Shown here piece after piece: positions 61,380 to 64,000 of a stretch of 64,000 nt of DNA. Below the pieces are notes generated by a model that saw nothing but the letters and a program-made list of their open reading frames with translations, was not told where the DNA came from and searched no databases. The stretch's first letter is position 1. Each line of letters opens with the position of its first letter. Both the position numbers and the translations under genes were made by a program. Source of the stretch: Klebsormidium nitens (Eukaryota > Plantae > Klebsormidiophyceae); assembly GCA_000708835.1 (NCBI GenBank), contig DF237233.1, forward strand, positions 49,751 through 113,750. The letters are read 5' to 3'.

Positions 61380-64000
61380 CTACGGACGAACGCAAAGCTC
61401 AGCTTTGAGAATGCAAGCAAGTAATAGGAGATTCTTTTTTAAAAAGAGACAGACTGAGCCACACCAGCTCAGTCAAAGGATTATCATCTGCTGTTCTCGA
61501 TCTACGGTGTTGCGGAGAGTCGAGGCGCAGGAGAGTCGACCATTAACCCTCTCCTGAGCTGTCACGTTTGTGTACTTGTAAACAGGACTCTGCCTTACAG
61601 GACAAATATTTACAAAAGTCCTCCGTTTCCTACGTGTACGCTATAGCTTTGTGTTTCACTTGTAAATATTTGTTACCTTGCTTCATTGCATCAGAAGGAG
61701 GACGGGTTGCAGCCAAAGATGAGCCTATCGCTTCCTTGAACAGCTTCAGGAGCATCAAGAAAAGATCGACTGACGGACAGCTGGCAGTCCGACGAAATGG
61801 ATTTAAGCTCTTAGATGTAAACGGGCAGACGGAAAACCAGCAGCTAACTAGGGCTGATTACGACCGATTGCAGCCTTGTTTCTTTAATATCCAGAATGGT
61901 AACCAGACTCAGATCGAAAGCTGGTTATACGCTGGTTAGATGTCCTGCCTCCGCGCGCCTAGAGCCTTCCACTCTCCCAGGGTCTGCCAAGTTAACCCAT
62001 TGAGCTTTCACTCCTTTATCACATTCGCAGTCGAATGAGCTCTTGATCCTCCGGAAAAGTCGGCTTGGGAATCCAAATACGACGGGCGCGCACCTGATCA
62101 AGTTGGCGGCGGCCAACTGTTTGAGACATCGTGACACGTGTCCTCCCGTGGGCTTCAGCAGGGTCTGCAAATAAACGTTCGGAACTAAGAACTCATGAAC
62201 CCGGGATGAACAGCTGTGATCAACGGATTGGCCAATACTTACATCGAGTTGTCCCTTTTTTCCAAGGTTGATGCTGTCTTTTCAACGGTGCGCTTGACAC
62301 AAGCTTCCGTCTTACTTGTCCAGACACCTGTCATCTTGTGAACCTTTTTTCGGAGCCAAGCGTATATATATTCGTCACTGTAGGAACTCGACAGTAGGTT
62401 GCCAAATTCTATACAATCTGATGTCTGATAATGATTGGCCGTCCCTGTTTGCTTGCTTGCGGAGTCCTTGGGGCGGTGGCAGTTACACGAAAGAGACACG
62501 GACGGTATTACCATAGAGCTCTAACGAAGGTTTTCCATATTGGTAAAGTCTTTTTAGAAAGAAAGCTGTGTCCTCTCAGATACCGCATGTGCCAAAATGG
62601 CAAAGCAGAGAAAGCGCAAATCTTGTACTCTAACATATGCTTGATGCTACCCAAAGATCTCGTTGACGAGCCGCTGTTGCTGCTGAGCTTGTGTTTCCGT
62701 TCTAACATTAGTAACTGTCTGAATGCACGTACACTCCCTGAATTTCACAGCATTGCTCGCATCTGGCGCCGCACAGCAAAAGAGCATCAAGGAGTAGCCA
62801 CCAACCGTTGTTTGTTCAAAGGGGGTATGCTTTCAAAAGTTCCTCAGCGCTTGCCCTGTAGAAATGGTCCTACGCCAACCACGTTGGCAGATCACCCTTT
62901 GCAATGATCACTTGGGTCGACCAATCCTACTGACTACTCACAATCACAATGCTGTAGTAGCAATCGAGAAAAAGTGCGTGCAATGCTGTGGCATCCACAA
63001 AGTCCCCCACGCGATGCTGCAACACTTGATCAGAACTTAATTAGTGTCCCCACAAAATATGCTGAGAGTCGATCTGACCACCCTAGTCGTGCAGCAGAGT
63101 AGGGTTATTTTGCCCCTTTGAGCCGATGCAGACGTACAAGAATGCTACATTCATGATTAGGCTTACAGGGTTGCTTCCTCAAGTTGCGCCACGGCCCTGC
63201 TTGCAATGACAGCTGTGCATGCAGGGATCCCGCGTAGCCCTGAAGGCCCTTATAATGGTCAAGGCTGATTGGAATATTGGCCGGTACCGCTCGTACTCGT
63301 ACTGTACTTGTCGAAAATTTGGCGGCAAAGGGATAATGACTTTATGATTGCAAACGGATCGACTGGAACTTGACTGGATTCAGCCTGCCCTGCCAGTGGG
63401 CATAGGGCATGGGGTACCTACAACCTATGCAACATGCTGAAAGCTTTCAAGTTTCAACGGTCGACCGTTTCGCGATGTCTGCACTAGTGATTCTATCAAC
63501 CTGTGTTTCCTAGTGTAGCGCCACTGCAGTCCTAGACCCAATGAAGACTCCGCTAGGTAGTCTGCAGCGTACCCCTGACCCTGACCTGAACAACCGAAGC
63601 AGCAACCGTCGTGAGCGCGCGCACATTTATCTTATCATGATCCAAGAACCATCCGATGGATCGTTTCCATATTCGGACGGCCAAAATTGATGAATTGACA
63701 TTCGCCTGACGTAAGTTGACCAAACGCGGCCCGGGCGACGATCTTAGTACCGTACGTACCTGCCGGGATCTTGCCGACTCGGCCCCAAGTTGCGGCCCGA
63801 AGTTCAGGCTGAAACCTCCACGTGGCACGAGCTGAGACTCGATCTTCGGCCGACCCGAGGGACGGTTGGTGCTCGGCGAGACTGGTCTGGTCAAATGTGG
63901 TCACCTACGGTACGTGGATGTGGTCACCCTCTCACCAGCGGATAGAGAAACAGGATACAGCTACATGATAGACTGATCAGGATTCAAAAAGGATGAACAA

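Noticed and set aside
63745-63912. TACCGTA..TACGGTA ends resembling the MITE termini
   Set aside because: The inverted match is under 10 bp and does not extend.
1-64000. tRNA, rRNA or snRNA genes
   Set aside because: No cloverleaf, A/B-box pair or rRNA-like sequence was recognised by eye. A covariance-model scan would be needed to exclude them fully.

Overview
Eukaryotic, intron-rich genomic DNA with GC-rich exons and many GTGCGC/GTGAG donors. Gene content and style suggest a streptophyte green alga such as Klebsormidium; this is inference. I assembled seven spliced protein-coding genes by hand from GT-AG junctions with consistent reading phase, and their strands alternate strictly: (1, -) a ~2,000-aa MDC1/PTIP-like tandem-BRCT protein; (2, +) a peroxisomal glycolate/2-hydroxy-acid oxidase; (3, -) a small thioredoxin-fold protein; (4, +) an AAA+ ATPase; (5, -) a GYP1/TBC1D22-like RabGAP; (6, +) an ACT-domain STY/Raf-like kinase; (7, -) a secreted single-pass protein with five EGF-like repeats. 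The window also holds a TA-flanked MITE, two related LINE RT fragments, small tandem repeats and a 463-N gap. The most unusual feature is a set of 'exon-edge echoes'. At eight exon boundaries in three genes, the edge of an exon plus its splice site and adjacent intron is tandemly re-copied 1-5 times into the neighbouring intron: 5' edges always upstream, 3' edges always downstream. Several echoes differ from the real exon almost only at synonymous sites, which neutral intronic copies should not do.
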